The notes under the pieces: model-generated
What the model saw: only the letters and a program-made list of their open reading frames with translations
The model's database searches: none
Told to the model about the DNA's origin: nothing
Assembly (NCBI GenBank): GCA_002311655.1
Contig: DBYZ01000003.1
Location: 59,868 to 123,867 of the forward strand
DNA length: 64,000 nucleotides
DNA from: Bacteroidales bacterium UBA1173
GTDB lineage: Bacteria > Bacteroidota > Bacteroidia > Bacteroidales > F082
Direction of reading: 5' to 3'
Translations under genes and position numbers: made by a program
Shown: piece after piece, positions 36,601 to 46,090 of the stretch
How the letters are laid out: each line of letters begins with the position of its first letter
Numbering within the stretch: position 1 is the first letter of the stretch

Positions 36601-38356
36601 TAGTAATAACCAACCTTGCGCTTCCGTTATTTAAATACAAAGGACAATTCGCCGTTCCGCTCAACACATCTCCTTGATTAAAGCCATGACCGCTATAGTT
36701 ATTAATATAAAATCCTTTTGTACCATCAGTAACAAAAGCATATGTCGTTGAAGCACCACTTACGACCCAGTTATCAAAAGTAATATACACATTGGTTGTA
36801 GTACTACCAACCTGTACCGCTTTATCATAAATCTCTTGCATTGTCGTGAGAGGAGTTGTAATTGTATATTCTGCAGTTGCTACAGAACTGCTTTCGTCTT
36901 CTTTAATAGCAATAGCTTTTATTGTTGTATTGCTTGTAATGTTAATAGCTCCTGAATATAAAGTGCTACTTTCTGTAGGTGTTGTTCCGTCTAAAGTATA
37001 GTAAATAGCTGCACCTGTTGTCTGGCAAGCTATGGTTATATTCTGTGCACCAATATAATTGCCAGCTGCAGGGCTAAATGTAGGTGTTGCAACAGATGAA
37101 GGCAAACCAATGGTAATAGTAAACTTGGTAATCTGAGCATAATTTGAGGCATTTGATGGACGTGACATAGTAACGGCGTTTGCAGCTCCCGTCCATGTAC
37201 CAGTAGTTCCACTTAATGTGTAACCTGTTGGAGAAAATGTTATATCGGATTGTGTGGTAGAAAACGTAATCACAATACTTTTAATCTCATATCCTGTTGG
37301 AGCCGTAAAGGTCAAAGTGTTGTCCTTGTAGAAACGCATAGATGTTGTATTTGCGTAAGTTGAGCCAGTTCCTTTCGTCCAATTCAAAGAAACGTTATCC
37401 TTTTCTCCAGAAAGCTCAGAAAAATCGTTTCCGCTGAATTGGGCTGTTTTACCCCAGAATGAATAGTTAGGAGTGATTTCAATCTCTGTTGGTTGCACGT
37501 AAGGTGTATTGTCAACGACAGTCATCTCGTAAGTGTCGGAGGAGCCTTGATATGTCCCACTAACACCAGCATATGTGGCGGTGAAGGTCACGGTTCCTGC
37601 AGCAACTAGAGTAACAGCACCTGTGCTGGCATTGATGGTGGCAACATCATCATCGCTGCCACTCCAGGTGACGGTTGCACCATCGACAGCATTACCGCCA
37701 GAGGTTACTGTTGCGCTCAACGAACCGGCTGCCGTACCAGAATAAACATCATTGTTAGTAATGCCATCGGCACTGATAGTGGTTGTTGTGGCCGCTGCTT
37801 GAGAACCAGAAGAATATGTAATTGTAATTGACTTAATATAGCAATACTTGCCGGTTTCAACAGTTAATGTCGATAATGAGGCAATATTTAAATCGGTAAT
37901 ATTCATATTCTCAAAAGATGAACTATTTGGAGTGCTTATAGCATTTGCCAATATAGTGTTTCCATTTTTCACAGTTATAGTTGTAGTTTTGTCACTTGCA
38001 TATGATGCTCTATTTAATGTAATTTGTGTCACATTTGTTAACGCTGTAAATGATATTGTAAATGAACCAGCACTTGATGACGCTCCTGCTTTCAAGCCGT
38101 AATTAGGTTTTCCTTTATAACATTTAGAAGTAGCACTACATGTTATTGTTCCGAAAGCAGCATCACTACTAGCTATACCAGTTGAAACAAAATTAGATGT
38201 TGTATAAGCGGTACTGCTATCGCCTCCTGATGATTGATTAGCAAACGTTATTGTTGCAGTAGTATTTGCATTATTCTGCCCCCACATCCTTCCCGTTGAG
38301 GCAATAATTGTCAGCAGCATCAACGCTGCCATTAAAAATGTAAATTTTTTCTTCAT
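33692..38356 (-). CDS. giant multidomain surface protein or adhesin (1554 aa), T9SS cargo
   Basis: It has a signal peptide. The Big_2-like segment is 'VTWSGSDDDVATINASTGAVT'. The CHB_HEX_C-like segment is 'IYYTLDGTTPTESSTLYSGAINI'. The Listeria-Bacteroides (Flg_new) repeats include 'YTLTGWTV' and 'YAFAGWST'. The CTD is 'LQIFDVMGRKV...GVYIFRM'. The gene is visibly AT-richer than core genes. Confidence 0.85.
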   Translation of the reverse strand: MKKKFTFLMAALMLLTIIASTGRMWGQNNANTTATITFANQSSGGDSSTAYTTSNFVSTGIASSDAAFGTITCSATSKCYKGKPNYGLKAGASSSAGSFTISFTALTNVTQITLNRASYASDKTTTITVKNGNTILANAISTPNSSSFENMNITDLNIASLSTLTVETGKYCYIKSITITYSSGSQAAATTTTISADGITNNDVYSGTAAGSLSATVTSGGNAVDGATVTWSGSDDDVATINASTGAVTLVAAGTVTFTATYAGVSGTYQGSSDTYEMTVVDNTPYVQPTEIEITPNYSFWGKTAQFSGNDFSELSGEKDNVSLNWTKGTGSTYANTTSMRFYKDNTLTFTAPTGYEIKSIVITFSTTQSDITFSPTGYTLSGTTGTWTGAANAVTMSRPSNASNYAQITKFTITIGLPSSVATPTFSPAAGNYIGAQNITIACQTTGAAIYYTLDGTTPTESSTLYSGAINITSNTTIKAIAIKEDESSSVATAEYTITTPLTTMQEIYDKAVQVGSTTTNVYITFDNWVVSGASTTYAFVTDGTKGFYINNYSGHGFNQGDVLSGTANCPLYLNNGSARLVITSSTTGLEVNSGGNVEVADIPMANLAGVNTGAVVSYHDLTYSNYMLSDGTTSIKPYSTLYSYSSLTSGKKYNVTGVYWQYNTTTKEILPRSSYEICLAAQMTAPSFEPFSYLYPDGGPATQNVAISGTDFTEALTVTAPENYQVSNDNSTWGTTTTFAQSSGNVSGTLYVRLVGGLKVGIYNGDLTFTSGNYLTTKTSALAGTVSANATYAITLNQSSEATIAADYAVAEAGQTITLSYSNLDDCYTLTGWTVLDGNANEVPVTNNQFTMPASAVEVEGIFTLKTFTVQYSVNGEIKTALNQTGIDCGDAVTLKTASDISAASIALPTGYAFAGWSTEAGNTNIISSLIVSANTTLYAVLLPSGAATSYEKVTKLSDITTGTYFIVSDFYVLPSATTSSAPVMSDKYIIGASLSDTYNTPINGTLWYFTGTNDAMTIKNGENKYLYTNNTNNSVRVGDTQGTWTFEINDVGFAMKSNNNRYCATTNNNDWRSYTTANSEYYRDGGKIYLYKEVIPTSYTLIEEVTSTPVTLPSIESTYLITVKSNGVLTVEGEGTGTAANLIIEDGGQLITSSANVKATVKKNITAPSAWTQDNKTGWYAISSTVGTISDITSVSNFANQTFDLYKYVESSNVGYGWINYNNPAQTSTFGGLVNGQGYLYARKDGATVSFTGNVNHTDVTLTGLTANNTANVNLQGIHLIGNPYTHNIYKGVALTATAGGMAETYYRLDGNNLWVVESDDTPIGPGQGFLVKVTTNNTTLTFTNNASAPGSSKANNDYIRFAVSNSEYEDATFALFQKGEGLRKINHRNTEAPMIYISQNDANYASATMDDDTKSFNLNFEAKTMGQYKLSYKVNGEFNYLHVIDRTTGEDIDMLLEGSYSFIGSPMDNAQRFIVRLGYLPNYEDNGEDIFAYQSGNDIVVSGEGELQIFDVMGRKVSTMNIYGVETISGIAQGVYIFRMEGKTQKIVVR

Positions 38357-38423
38357 TTTGTAGTTGTGTTTAATTTGTTATTATTTTTTCAATTTTTCCT
38401 AATTTTTCATTTTGCGCCAGCAA

Positions 38424-38718
38424 TAAAAAAAGAGCCTCAAAATCTCTTCAGATCTTAAAGCTCTTATTCCTGTATGTATGAAAAAAGGCGTTTGCCATTT
38501 CTTTCCATATCGTTTCGTTAGGCTCTGGTAAACCTGTGCATCCGATAAGGGGAAACAACTCACGCCAAAACGACGTGAGCTTTTCGCCTACTTATTCCCG
38601 ATGCTTTGTAAAATTTACCAGATTTTAACGAAAGGGAACAAGAGCGTAAAGCTCTGAGTATTATTTGTTTACAATTTTATTTTACATAACCATTATTGTT
38701 TTCACTATGCTTTTTTTT
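38424..38718 (-). ncRNA. candidate structured leader RNA or sRNA (about 290 nt) upstream of the giant adhesin gene
   Basis: It starts after the TATTTTTG box at 38726-38733. It contains a roughly 138-nt rod-like hairpin (38501-38638), a weak GGCAAACGCC-U6 element, and a strong terminator (38424-38465). The terminator stem is AGAGC..AAGAUCU/AGAUUUU..GCUCU followed by U7. I could not match it to a known RNA family by eye. Confidence 0.45.
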
Positions 38719-38725
38719 CGCGGTG

Positions 38726-38733
38726 CAAAAATA
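38726..38733 (-). promoter_or_regulatory. -7 promoter box (TATTTTTG on minus strand)
   Basis: The plus strand reads caaaaata. This is the only canonical TAnnTTTG box I found between the YhcG remnant and the ATG at 38356. Confidence 0.55.
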
Positions 38734-38813
38734 CAAACTTTTTTAATTGAATTGACGGTTTCTTGAAAAAAGTTTACAACACACGTGATAATACTCTAAC
38801 AAACCATCAAGTT

Positions 38814-39338
38814 ACTATGCTTTTACCATCTTCTTCACCTCGTCAACTTCCTTTATCAACTGATCTGATGTCGGAAGATACAACTTATATTCACTGGCTA
38901 AAATGGTCTTGTTATCTTCAGGCAATGTCATTTTCACAACGGTCATAATAATTCACATACATCTGCAATTGTCCCAAATCCTGATGAGTTAGTTTATCTG
39001 TTTTGATTTCAACAACAACAAAACAACGCAACAGCCGATTATAAAGCACAAGGTCAACAAAAAATTCATCATCTTCAAGCATTATTCTCTTCTGGCGAGC
39101 TACATTTATCGTTTGACATCAATAATCTTTCATACAAAAGAGAATTGATTTGACGTTCTGTTTCTCGTGCCGTCCATGCATTGTTGTTCTTCCTCAAATA
39201 TCCGTTTTCCAAGATTCCAGTACATTTGAACTCTGCAGAAGTCAACACTATGCACGGCATTCTTTCTAGCCGTTTCAATTATTTGACGTACGTCCTGATA
39301 AAGCATAGAAAATGATGTCCTTTCTGCTTTTTTAACAT
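38814..39338 (-). pseudogene. YhcG/DUF1016 PD-(D/E)xK nuclease pseudogene with multiple frameshifts and internal deletions
   Basis: Family-like segments appear in three different frames. These are 'LYQDVRQIIETARKNAVHSVDFCRVQMYWNLGKRIFEEEQQ', 'WTARETERQINSLLYERLLMSNDK', 'FFVDLVLYNRLLRCFVVVEIKTDKLTHQDLGQLQMYVNYYD' and 'ILASEYKLYLPTSDQLIKEV'. Confidence 0.75.
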
Positions 39339-39378
39339 TTAATTCAGAAATTTGGAATAAATCTTAAAAAATTTTAAC
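39329..39378 (+). repeat. 50-bp direct repeat, right copy
   Basis: It matches 33274-33323 at 47 of 50 positions. On the minus strand it contains the ATG (39338) of the YhcG remnant plus about 40 nt upstream. Confidence 0.85.
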
Positions 39379-39518
39379 TTCAAATCGTCTTCATCGTAAA
39401 TTATCAATTCGTTATCTGCCATAGCTAAATTTTAAAAAATCGACAAAGAATTTTTTTCGTGTTTTTCGTGATTTTAGATGTAAAAAATATTATTTTTGCA
39501 CTCGAAAAAATTAACACC

Positions 39519-42500
39519 ATGATACTCTTTTTCGAGACCCTTCAGAAAAACATCATCGCTGTAGAAAGCGCTGAGAATCATTCAGATAACGATATCAAAA
39601 AGTTTAACTGGCTCTTCGGCGACGCCAAAAAAATCGAAGGAGAAACAGTCAAAGGCTACTTCTTCGGACCACGCCGCGAGATGATCACTCCTTGGAGCAC
39701 CAACGCCGTCGAAATAACTCAAAACATGGGCATTCGCGGCGTTTCTCGTATCGAGGAGTTCCATCCCGTCGAGGAAAACGACAACAGCTTCGACCCGATG
39801 CTGCAGAACAAATACCACGACCTCGACCAGAACGTGTTTTTCGTCGACCGCAAGCCTGAGCCGCTGAAATATATCACCGACATCGACGCCTACAACAACG
39901 AGGAAGGTCTCGCACTCAGCCAGGAAGAGATTGATTATCTTAAAGGTATAAGCAAGAAGATAGGCCGCGCCCTTACCGACAGCGAGGTGTACGGCTTCGC
40001 ACAGGTCAACTCGGAGCACTGCCGCCACAAAATCTTCAACGGCACCTTTATTATTAATGGTAAAGAGATGCCCGACACGCTGTTCGCACTCATCAAAAAG
40101 ACCTCAAAAACTAACACCAACCGTCTCGTTTCGGCTTACAAAGACAACGTCGCCTTCATCCTCGGACCGAAGGTCGAGCAGTTCGCGCCGGCGACCCAGC
40201 ATAAGGCTGACTTCTTCAAAATCAAAGATATAGACACCGTCATCTCTGTCAAGGCAGAGACACATAACTTCCCGACCACTGTCGAGCCGTTCAACGGAGC
40301 CGCGACAGGCACCGGCGGTGAGATCCGCGACCGTCTCGCAGGCGGTAGAGGCTCTATCCCGTTGGCAGGAACAGCCGTTTACATGACGCCATATCCTCGT
40401 AATAACGAAGACTCGAAATGGGAAGACAACTTCAAGGCGCGTCCGTGGCTCTATCAGACCCCTGAAGAGCTGCTCATCAAGGCATCGAACGGAGCATCGG
40501 ACTTCGGAAACAAGTTCGGACAGCCGCTAATCAACGGCTCGCTCCTCACCTTCGAACATACTGAAGGCGCTGGCAAAGGCGAAGACTTCGGCTACGACAA
40601 GGTCATCATGCTCGCTGGCGGCATCGGGTTCGCTCCTGCCGACGACAGCATGAAGGAAGACCCTGAGCCGGGCGACCTCATCATCGTTCTGGGCGGCGAC
40701 AACTATCGCATCGGAATGGGCGGCGCAGCAGTGTCGAGCGTAGGAACAGGCCAATATTCCAACGCCATCGAGCTCAACGCCGTGCAGCGTGCCAACCCAG
40801 AGATGCAGAAACGTGTTGCTAACGTCATCCGCGCCATGGTGGAGAACGACAGCAACCCTGTCCGCTCCATCCACGACCACGGCGCAGGCGGCCACCTCAA
40901 CTGCCTCAGCGAGCTAATAGACAAGAGCGGCGGCACAGTGTATGTCGATAACCTGCCAGTCGGCGACCCGACACTTTCCGACAAGGAGATTATCGGAAAC
41001 GAGTCGCAGGAACGCATGGGACTCCTTGTTAATAAACAAGATACCGAGATTATCCGCCAGACAGCCGAACGCGAGCGCGCACCTTATTATATGGTAGGCG
41101 AGTCGACCGACGACCAGCGTCTGCGCTTCGTCCGCAAAAACGGCGTCAACCCGATTGACTTGAGTTTGTCAGACTTCTTCGGAAGCGCTCCTAAGACCGT
41201 TTTGACAGATAAAACGAAAGATTATCATTTCCAAGATATTGATTATAAACAAGATAAGTTTGAGGATTACCTCAAGAGCGTGCTTCAGCTCGAAGGCGTG
41301 GCATGTAAGGACTGGCTCACCAACAAGGTGGACCGCTCCGTGACAGGCCGTGTGGCGTTGCAGCAGTGCGCCGGCGAGGTGCAGCTTCCACTCACCGACC
41401 TCGGCATCATGGCTCTTGACTATCAAGGTGTTAGAGGCATAGGAACAGCACTCGGACATGCCCCGGCAGCGGCATTGGTAAGCCCTGAAGCAGGCTCGAG
41501 ACTGTCAGTGGCTGAGTCACTTACAAACTTGGTGTGGGCACCTATCGAGGAGAACCTCAAAGGCGTGTCATTGAGCGCCAACTGGATGTGGCCAGCCAAG
41601 AACCCGGGCGAGAACGCACGACTCTACCGCGCTGTCAAGGCATTGAGCGACTTCGTGTTAGCACTCGGAATCAACGTCCCGACAGGTAAAGATTCACTGT
41701 CGATGACGCAGAAATACAAGAACGGACAGAAGGTCCTTGCCCCTGGCACCGTCATCGTGACAGCAGCGGGCGAAGTGACAGACATCAGAAAAGCCATTAA
41801 ACCAGTGGTTGTCAACGACAAAGACACTGAGATTCTGTACATCGACTTCTCAAAAGACGCCTTCAAACTCGGCGGCAGCAGCTTCGCGCAAATCATCAAC
41901 AGAGTCGGTGACAACACACCAGATATCGTTGATACTGAATACTTTAAGAAGTGTTTCAACACTTTACAGAAGCTCATCGAACAGAAGCTCGTCCTTGCAG
42001 GTCACGATGTGTCGGCTGGCGGCTTGATCACAACCTTATTAGAGATGTGCTTCGCCAACAACGAAGGCGGCTTGGACATCGACCTCAGCGCATTCGACAA
42101 GAACGACCTCATCAGCGTGGCGTTCAGCGAGCAACCAAGCGTGGTGATTCAGGTTAAAGACAAGAAAGTCAAGGAGTTACTAGACAAAGAAGGCATCAAA
42201 TACACCGTCATCGGTAAGGTTTCAGATAAGAGAAATATCGCTTTGAAGAAAGGTGGCGAGTCTTACACCTTGGATATCAACGCATTACGCGACCTTTGGT
42301 ATAAGAGCTCATATCTCCTCGACAGAAAACAGAGCGGCGAAGTCAAAGCCAAAGAACGTTTCGAAAACTATAAGAATCAGGCACTTAAGTTTGATTTCGG
42401 AAGCTTCACCGGCAAGGCTAAAGACCTGGGCATCGACATGCACCGTCGCACTCCGTCGGGCGTGAAGGCCGCCATCATCCGTGAGAAAGGCTGCCAATGT

Positions 42501-43211
42501 GACCGTGAAATGGCTTACGCGCTCTACACGGCCGGTTTCGACGTCAAAGATGTTCACATGACCGACCTCGTGAGCGGGCGCGAAGACCTCAGCGACGTGA
42601 ATATGATAGTGTTTGTTGGCGGTTTCAGCAACTCCGACGTTCTCGGTTCGGCGAAGGGCTGGGCTGGAGCGTTCCTCTTCAACGAGAAGGCACGCACCGC
42701 TCTCGAGAACTTCTACAAACGTCCGGATACCATGAGTCTTGGGGTGTGCAACGGCTGCCAGCTCATGACGGAGCTCAACCTCATCTATCCTGAGCACGAC
42801 AAGCATCCGCGCATGATCCACAACGACTCACACAAGTTCGAGTCAGGCTTCGTGAACGTGAACATCGAAGACACCAACAGCATCATGCTCTCGACACTCA
42901 AAGGACGCCGTCTCGGTGTCTGGATCGCACACGGCGAGGGCAAGTTCAACTTCCCATACGGCAAGGAGAAATACAACATCGCATTGACATACAGCTACGA
43001 CAGTTACCCGGCAAATCCTAACGGTTCACCATGGTTAGTGGCCGGTATCTGCTCAGCCGACGGACGTCATCTCGCGATGATGCCGCACCTCGAGAGAGCG
43101 TTCCTCCCATGGCAGTGGGCGTTCTATCCGCAGAATCGCAAAAACGATGAAGTTGCGCCGTGGATTGAGGCATTTGTGAATGCTCTGAATTGGATAAAGA
43201 AAAATAAGTAA
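39519..43211 (+). CDS. purL: phosphoribosylformylglycinamidine synthase (single-chain large form)
   Basis: It has '[10 protein letters not shown]', '[28 protein letters not shown]' and the C-terminal glutaminase 'LGVCNGCQL'. A TATTTTTG box at 39491-39498 supports the start at 39519. Confidence 0.93.
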   Translation: MILFFETLQKNIIAVESAENHSDNDIKKFNWLFGDAKKIEGETVKGYFFGPRREMITPWSTNAVEITQNMGIRGVSRIEEFHPVEENDNSFDPMLQNKYHDLDQNVFFVDRKPEPLKYITDIDAYNNEEGLALSQEEIDYLKGISKKIGRALTDSEVYGFAQVNSEHCRHKIFNGTFIINGKEMPDTLFALIKKTSKTNTNRLVSAYKDNVAFILGPKVEQFAPATQHKADFFKIKDIDTVISVKAETHNFPTTVEPFNGAATGTGGEIRDRLAGGRGSIPLAGTAVYMTPYPRNNEDSKWEDNFKARPWLYQTPEELLIKASNGASDFGNKFGQPLINGSLLTFEHTEGAGKGEDFGYDKVIMLAGGIGFAPADDSMKEDPEPGDLIIVLGGDNYRIGMGGAAVSSVGTGQYSNAIELNAVQRANPEMQKRVANVIRAMVENDSNPVRSIHDHGAGGHLNCLSELIDKSGGTVYVDNLPVGDPTLSDKEIIGNESQERMGLLVNKQDTEIIRQTAERERAPYYMVGESTDDQRLRFVRKNGVNPIDLSLSDFFGSAPKTVLTDKTKDYHFQDIDYKQDKFEDYLKSVLQLEGVACKDWLTNKVDRSVTGRVALQQCAGEVQLPLTDLGIMALDYQGVRGIGTALGHAPAAALVSPEAGSRLSVAESLTNLVWAPIEENLKGVSLSANWMWPAKNPGENARLYRAVKALSDFVLALGINVPTGKDSLSMTQKYKNGQKVLAPGTVIVTAAGEVTDIRKAIKPVVVNDKDTEILYIDFSKDAFKLGGSSFAQIINRVGDNTPDIVDTEYFKKCFNTLQKLIEQKLVLAGHDVSAGGLITTLLEMCFANNEGGLDIDLSAFDKNDLISVAFSEQPSVVIQVKDKKVKELLDKEGIKYTVIGKVSDKRNIALKKGGESYTLDINALRDLWYKSSYLLDRKQSGEVKAKERFENYKNQALKFDFGSFTGKAKDLGIDMHRRTPSGVKAAIIREKGCQCDREMAYALYTAGFDVKDVHMTDLVSGREDLSDVNMIVFVGGFSNSDVLGSAKGWAGAFLFNEKARTALENFYKRPDTMSLGVCNGCQLMTELNLIYPEHDKHPRMIHNDSHKFESGFVNVNIEDTNSIMLSTLKGRRLGVWIAHGEGKFNFPYGKEKYNIALTYSYDSYPANPNGSPWLVAGICSADGRHLAMMPHLERAFLPWQWAFYPQNRKNDEVAPWIEAFVNALNWIKKNK

Positions 43212-43218
43212 TAACAAC

Positions 43219-43249
43219 AAAAAAGGTGGTTTCAAAACCACCTTTTTTT
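43219..43249. terminator. bidirectional terminator between convergent purL and holA
   Basis: aaaaaa-ggtggtt-tcaa-aaccacc-ttttttt. Confidence 0.8.
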
Positions 43250-44249
43250 ATTTCATGAGTTTGTAAATCATCTCTCGGTACAAGTCTTTCTGGCTCACGT
43301 CGCTGCTGGTGTTGTAACCTTTTGATTTCAAATCAAATTCACGCAAAATGGCGATGTTTTCTACACATTTTTTGATGTTGTAGCGGCGAGAGGCCTCGAA
43401 GTAGTCTTCGACGAAGAACGGGCTCACGCCGATGACGGCTGCGACGCTGTTTTTACTCTTGTCGGTAGCGTAATGCAGCTTCAAAACCTTGCAATAATAA
43501 GCATAAAGCATTATCACTGTTGCGATTAGCGGATTTTCCTTGGTGTTGTCGCCGAAATAGTTGATGATTTGAACTGCCTTCGGGAAATCGCCGTAACTGA
43601 TGGCTTTCTGAAGCTCAAAGATATTGAAATCCTTGGAGATTCCGATGTTATACTCAACATCGAAGTCAGTGATTTCCTTGTTGTTAGGTACCGCCACCAT
43701 CAGCTTGTCAAGCTCGTTGCGCACTTTCTGCAGGTCGGTGCCGAGGTAATCGGCGAGCATCTGACAAGCCTTCTGCTGAATCTTGTAGTTTTTGCTGCCC
43801 AAATAGTTGACTATCCACTTCGGGATGTCGCGGTCGTACAGCTTCTTTGACTCGAACAAGACATAGTCTTTGTCGAGCGTTTTCGCGAACTTCAGACGTT
43901 TGTCGAGCTTCTTGTATTTGTAATTCAGGACGAGGATGGTCGTCTCGGGAATCATCTCCAGGAACGGTTCCATCGACTCGATATTTTTCACGTCTTGAGC
44001 TTCTTTCACTATGATTACCAAGTAGTTACCCATCATCGGGAAGTTACGCGCCTGCGTCACGATGTCGTGCACGTTGACATCTTTTCCGTAAAGGATGATC
44101 TGGTTGAAAGCCTTGTCGGCCTCATCCAGCACGGTGCTCTCGATGGCGTCGCTGATAGAGTCGATGAAATACGGCTCCTCGCCCATCAGGAAATACACCG
44201 GATGGTAAATCTTGTTTTTTATCTCGGAAAGAATCTGCTCGTACGTCAT
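43248..44249 (-). CDS. holA: DNA polymerase III subunit delta
   Basis: It has 'YHPVYFLMGEEPYFID' and the size and pattern typical of HolA. Confidence 0.85.
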   Translation of the reverse strand: MTYEQILSEIKNKIYHPVYFLMGEEPYFIDSISDAIESTVLDEADKAFNQIILYGKDVNVHDIVTQARNFPMMGNYLVIIVKEAQDVKNIESMEPFLEMIPETTILVLNYKYKKLDKRLKFAKTLDKDYVLFESKKLYDRDIPKWIVNYLGSKNYKIQQKACQMLADYLGTDLQKVRNELDKLMVAVPNNKEITDFDVEYNIGISKDFNIFELQKAISYGDFPKAVQIINYFGDNTKENPLIATVIMLYAYYCKVLKLHYATDKSKNSVAAVIGVSPFFVEDYFEASRRYNIKKCVENIAILREFDLKSKGYNTSSDVSQKDLYREMIYKLMK

Positions 44250-45019
44250 CAGAAACGCAAATGTTTGACTGTCATCTTGTTGTCGATAATCTGATGCAAT
44301 GCGTCGATGCCAATTTTAATATGTTCGTCGACGAACATGGAGCTCACTTTCTTGTCGCTCTCCTCTGTCTTGACGCCTTCCGGAATCATCGGCTGGTCGG
44401 AGACGAGAAGCAAAGCGCCAGTAGGAATCTCGTTGGCGAAGCCTGCCGCGAAGATGGTTGCCGTCTCCATATCCACTGCCATGCAGCGTGTCTTGTGCAG
44501 ATATTCCTTAAAATCCTCGTCATGTTCCCACACTCGGCGGTTGGTGGTATATACGGTACCTGTCCAGTAGTCGTGACCGTGGTCGCGGATTGACGTCGAG
44601 ATAGCTTTTTGCATCGAGAAGGCTGGCAAAGCCGGGACTTCAGGCAAAAGATAATTGTCCGACGTTCCCTCGCCACGGATAGCGGCGATAGGCAGGATAA
44701 GGTCACCGACCTGATTTTTCTTTTTCACGCCACCGCATTTTCCGAGGAATAGCACAGCTTTCGGATGAATGGCCGTCAAAAGGTCCATGATAGTTGCAGC
44801 ATTAGGACTTCCCATTCCGAAATTTATCATCGTGATGTCACCGGAAGTGGCACAAGGCATCGAGCGGTCTTCGCCGATAATCCTGACATTGTTATACTCT
44901 GAAAAGAAATCCAGATAATGTTTGAAATTGGTCAGAATTATATATTTCCCAAACTTTTCGAGTTTCATGCCAGTGTAACGTGGCAGCCAGTTTTCAGTGA
45001 TTTCTTGTTTTGTCTTCAT
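44249..45019 (-). CDS. amn: AMP nucleosidase-type phosphorylase (PNP_UDP_1 family)
   Basis: 'MKTKQEITENWLPRYTG', 'ILLTNF' and 'MAVDMETATIF' match the short Bacteroidota AMP nucleosidase as I remember it. Confidence 0.65.
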   Translation of the reverse strand: MKTKQEITENWLPRYTGMKLEKFGKYIILTNFKHYLDFFSEYNNVRIIGEDRSMPCATSGDITMINFGMGSPNAATIMDLLTAIHPKAVLFLGKCGGVKKKNQVGDLILPIAAIRGEGTSDNYLLPEVPALPAFSMQKAISTSIRDHGHDYWTGTVYTTNRRVWEHDEDFKEYLHKTRCMAVDMETATIFAAGFANEIPTGALLLVSDQPMIPEGVKTEESDKKVSSMFVDEHIKIGIDALHQIIDNKMTVKHLRF

Positions 45020-45074
45020 GATACAATTTTTTGCAAAAATAATATTTTTTTTTCACACAAAACATTTTTTATTC

Positions 45075-45187
45075 CGTCATTTCGACTGAAGCGAAGCGGA
45101 ATGGAGAAATCACCGCCATCTGGATTGTTACGTAACATTCAATTGTTTGAGATTTCTCGACTACACTTCGTTTCGCTCGAAATAACG
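45075..45187 (+). repeat. REP/MITE-like palindromic element, copy 2 (intergenic)
   Basis: The element begins cgtcatttcgactgaagcgaagcggaatggagaaatcaccg and ends gatttctcgactacacttcgtttcgctcgaaataacg. It is the same family and orientation as 17027-17125. Confidence 0.8.
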
Positions 45188-45233
45188 ATGGAACGTAACG
45201 TATTTTTTACTACTTTTGCAAAAAATTTTGGAA

Positions 45234-46010
45234 ATGGCATTTTTAACAGAAGATTTGGTTTTCGGTCCGATTCGCAGCAGAAGACTCGGTAATTCGCTGG
45301 GTGTCAATTTGTTGCCAAAGTTCGGAAAGATCTGCACCTTCAACTGCGTTTATTGCGAATGCGGATGGAACCCGGAGCACAGAGACGAGAAAGCGCGACT
45401 GGCGACACCTCAAGAATACGAGCAAACACTGGAAATTGCGTTGAAATCGCTCGTCGGGACAGACAGAGAACCAGACAGCATCACGTTTTCGGGCAACGGT
45501 GAGCCGACCTTGCATCCGAATTTCCCGGAAATCATCGACATAACCATCAGATTACGAGACAAATACGTTCCGAAAGCAGTCATCAGCGTGCTGACAAACG
45601 GCACCAACATCCATAACGAAAAGATTTTCAAGACCTTGCAGAAAGTCGACAACAACATCTGCAAACTTGACGGCGGCACGCTCGATGTTATTAATAAGGT
45701 AAATCTCCCAAACGTAAAAATCAACCTCGAGCAATACATCGCGGATCTGCAACGCTTTGAGGGTCAGGTGATTATCCAGACTTTGTTCCTTCGCGGCGAG
45801 CATAACGGACAAAAATTCGACAACACGACAGACGAGGAAGTCAATCTCTGGCTTGAACATCTTAAAAAGATAAATCCAAGAAAGACAATGATTTACGTCA
45901 TCGACAGGGAGACTCCTGAGAAAAATCTGGAAAAAATCTCAAAGGATGAATTGAGCCGCATCGCCGAGAAAGTTAAAGCATTGGGACTCAACGTGGAATT
46001 TTATTCATAA
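45234..46010 (+). CDS. radical SAM protein
   Basis: 'CTFNCVYCECGW' carries CxxxCxxC. A TACTTTTG box lies immediately upstream, so the start was set at the second Met. Confidence 0.75.
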   Translation: MAFLTEDLVFGPIRSRRLGNSLGVNLLPKFGKICTFNCVYCECGWNPEHRDEKARLATPQEYEQTLEIALKSLVGTDREPDSITFSGNGEPTLHPNFPEIIDITIRLRDKYVPKAVISVLTNGTNIHNEKIFKTLQKVDNNICKLDGGTLDVINKVNLPNVKINLEQYIADLQRFEGQVIIQTLFLRGEHNGQKFDNTTDEEVNLWLEHLKKINPRKTMIYVIDRETPEKNLEKISKDELSRIAEKVKALGLNVEFYS

Positions 46011-46090
46011 AATATTTTTAAAATTTTTCACTCCTATTAAAAAAAATAGCTAAATTTGCAACGCAAAAAATGTAAATAAATTTAAAAATC

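Noticed and set aside
38424-38718. Whether the structured region upstream of the adhesin could be RNase P RNA, tmRNA, SRP RNA or a second cobalamin riboswitch.
   Set aside because: No GGAAAGUCCGG/ACAGAAA (RNase P) motifs are present. There is no tRNA-like end or tag-peptide ORF (tmRNA), no SRP domain IV motif, and no GCCACUG B12 box. It is therefore reported only as an unclassified candidate RNA.
38357-38800. Whether there is an invertible (phase-variable) promoter upstream of the giant adhesin, as is common for Bacteroidales surface genes.
   Set aside because: I could not find a pair of inverted repeats flanking the promoter box, and no site-specific recombinase gene is nearby. The inverted repeats present form local hairpins consistent with RNA structure instead.
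32803-39421. Whether the KilA-N, YhcG and short N-terminal ORF fragment might indicate an intact prophage or integrative element.
   Set aside because: No integrase, capsid, terminase, tail or conjugation genes are present. The two mobile-element-type genes are truncated or frameshifted. The region is better described as remnants around a cargo islet.
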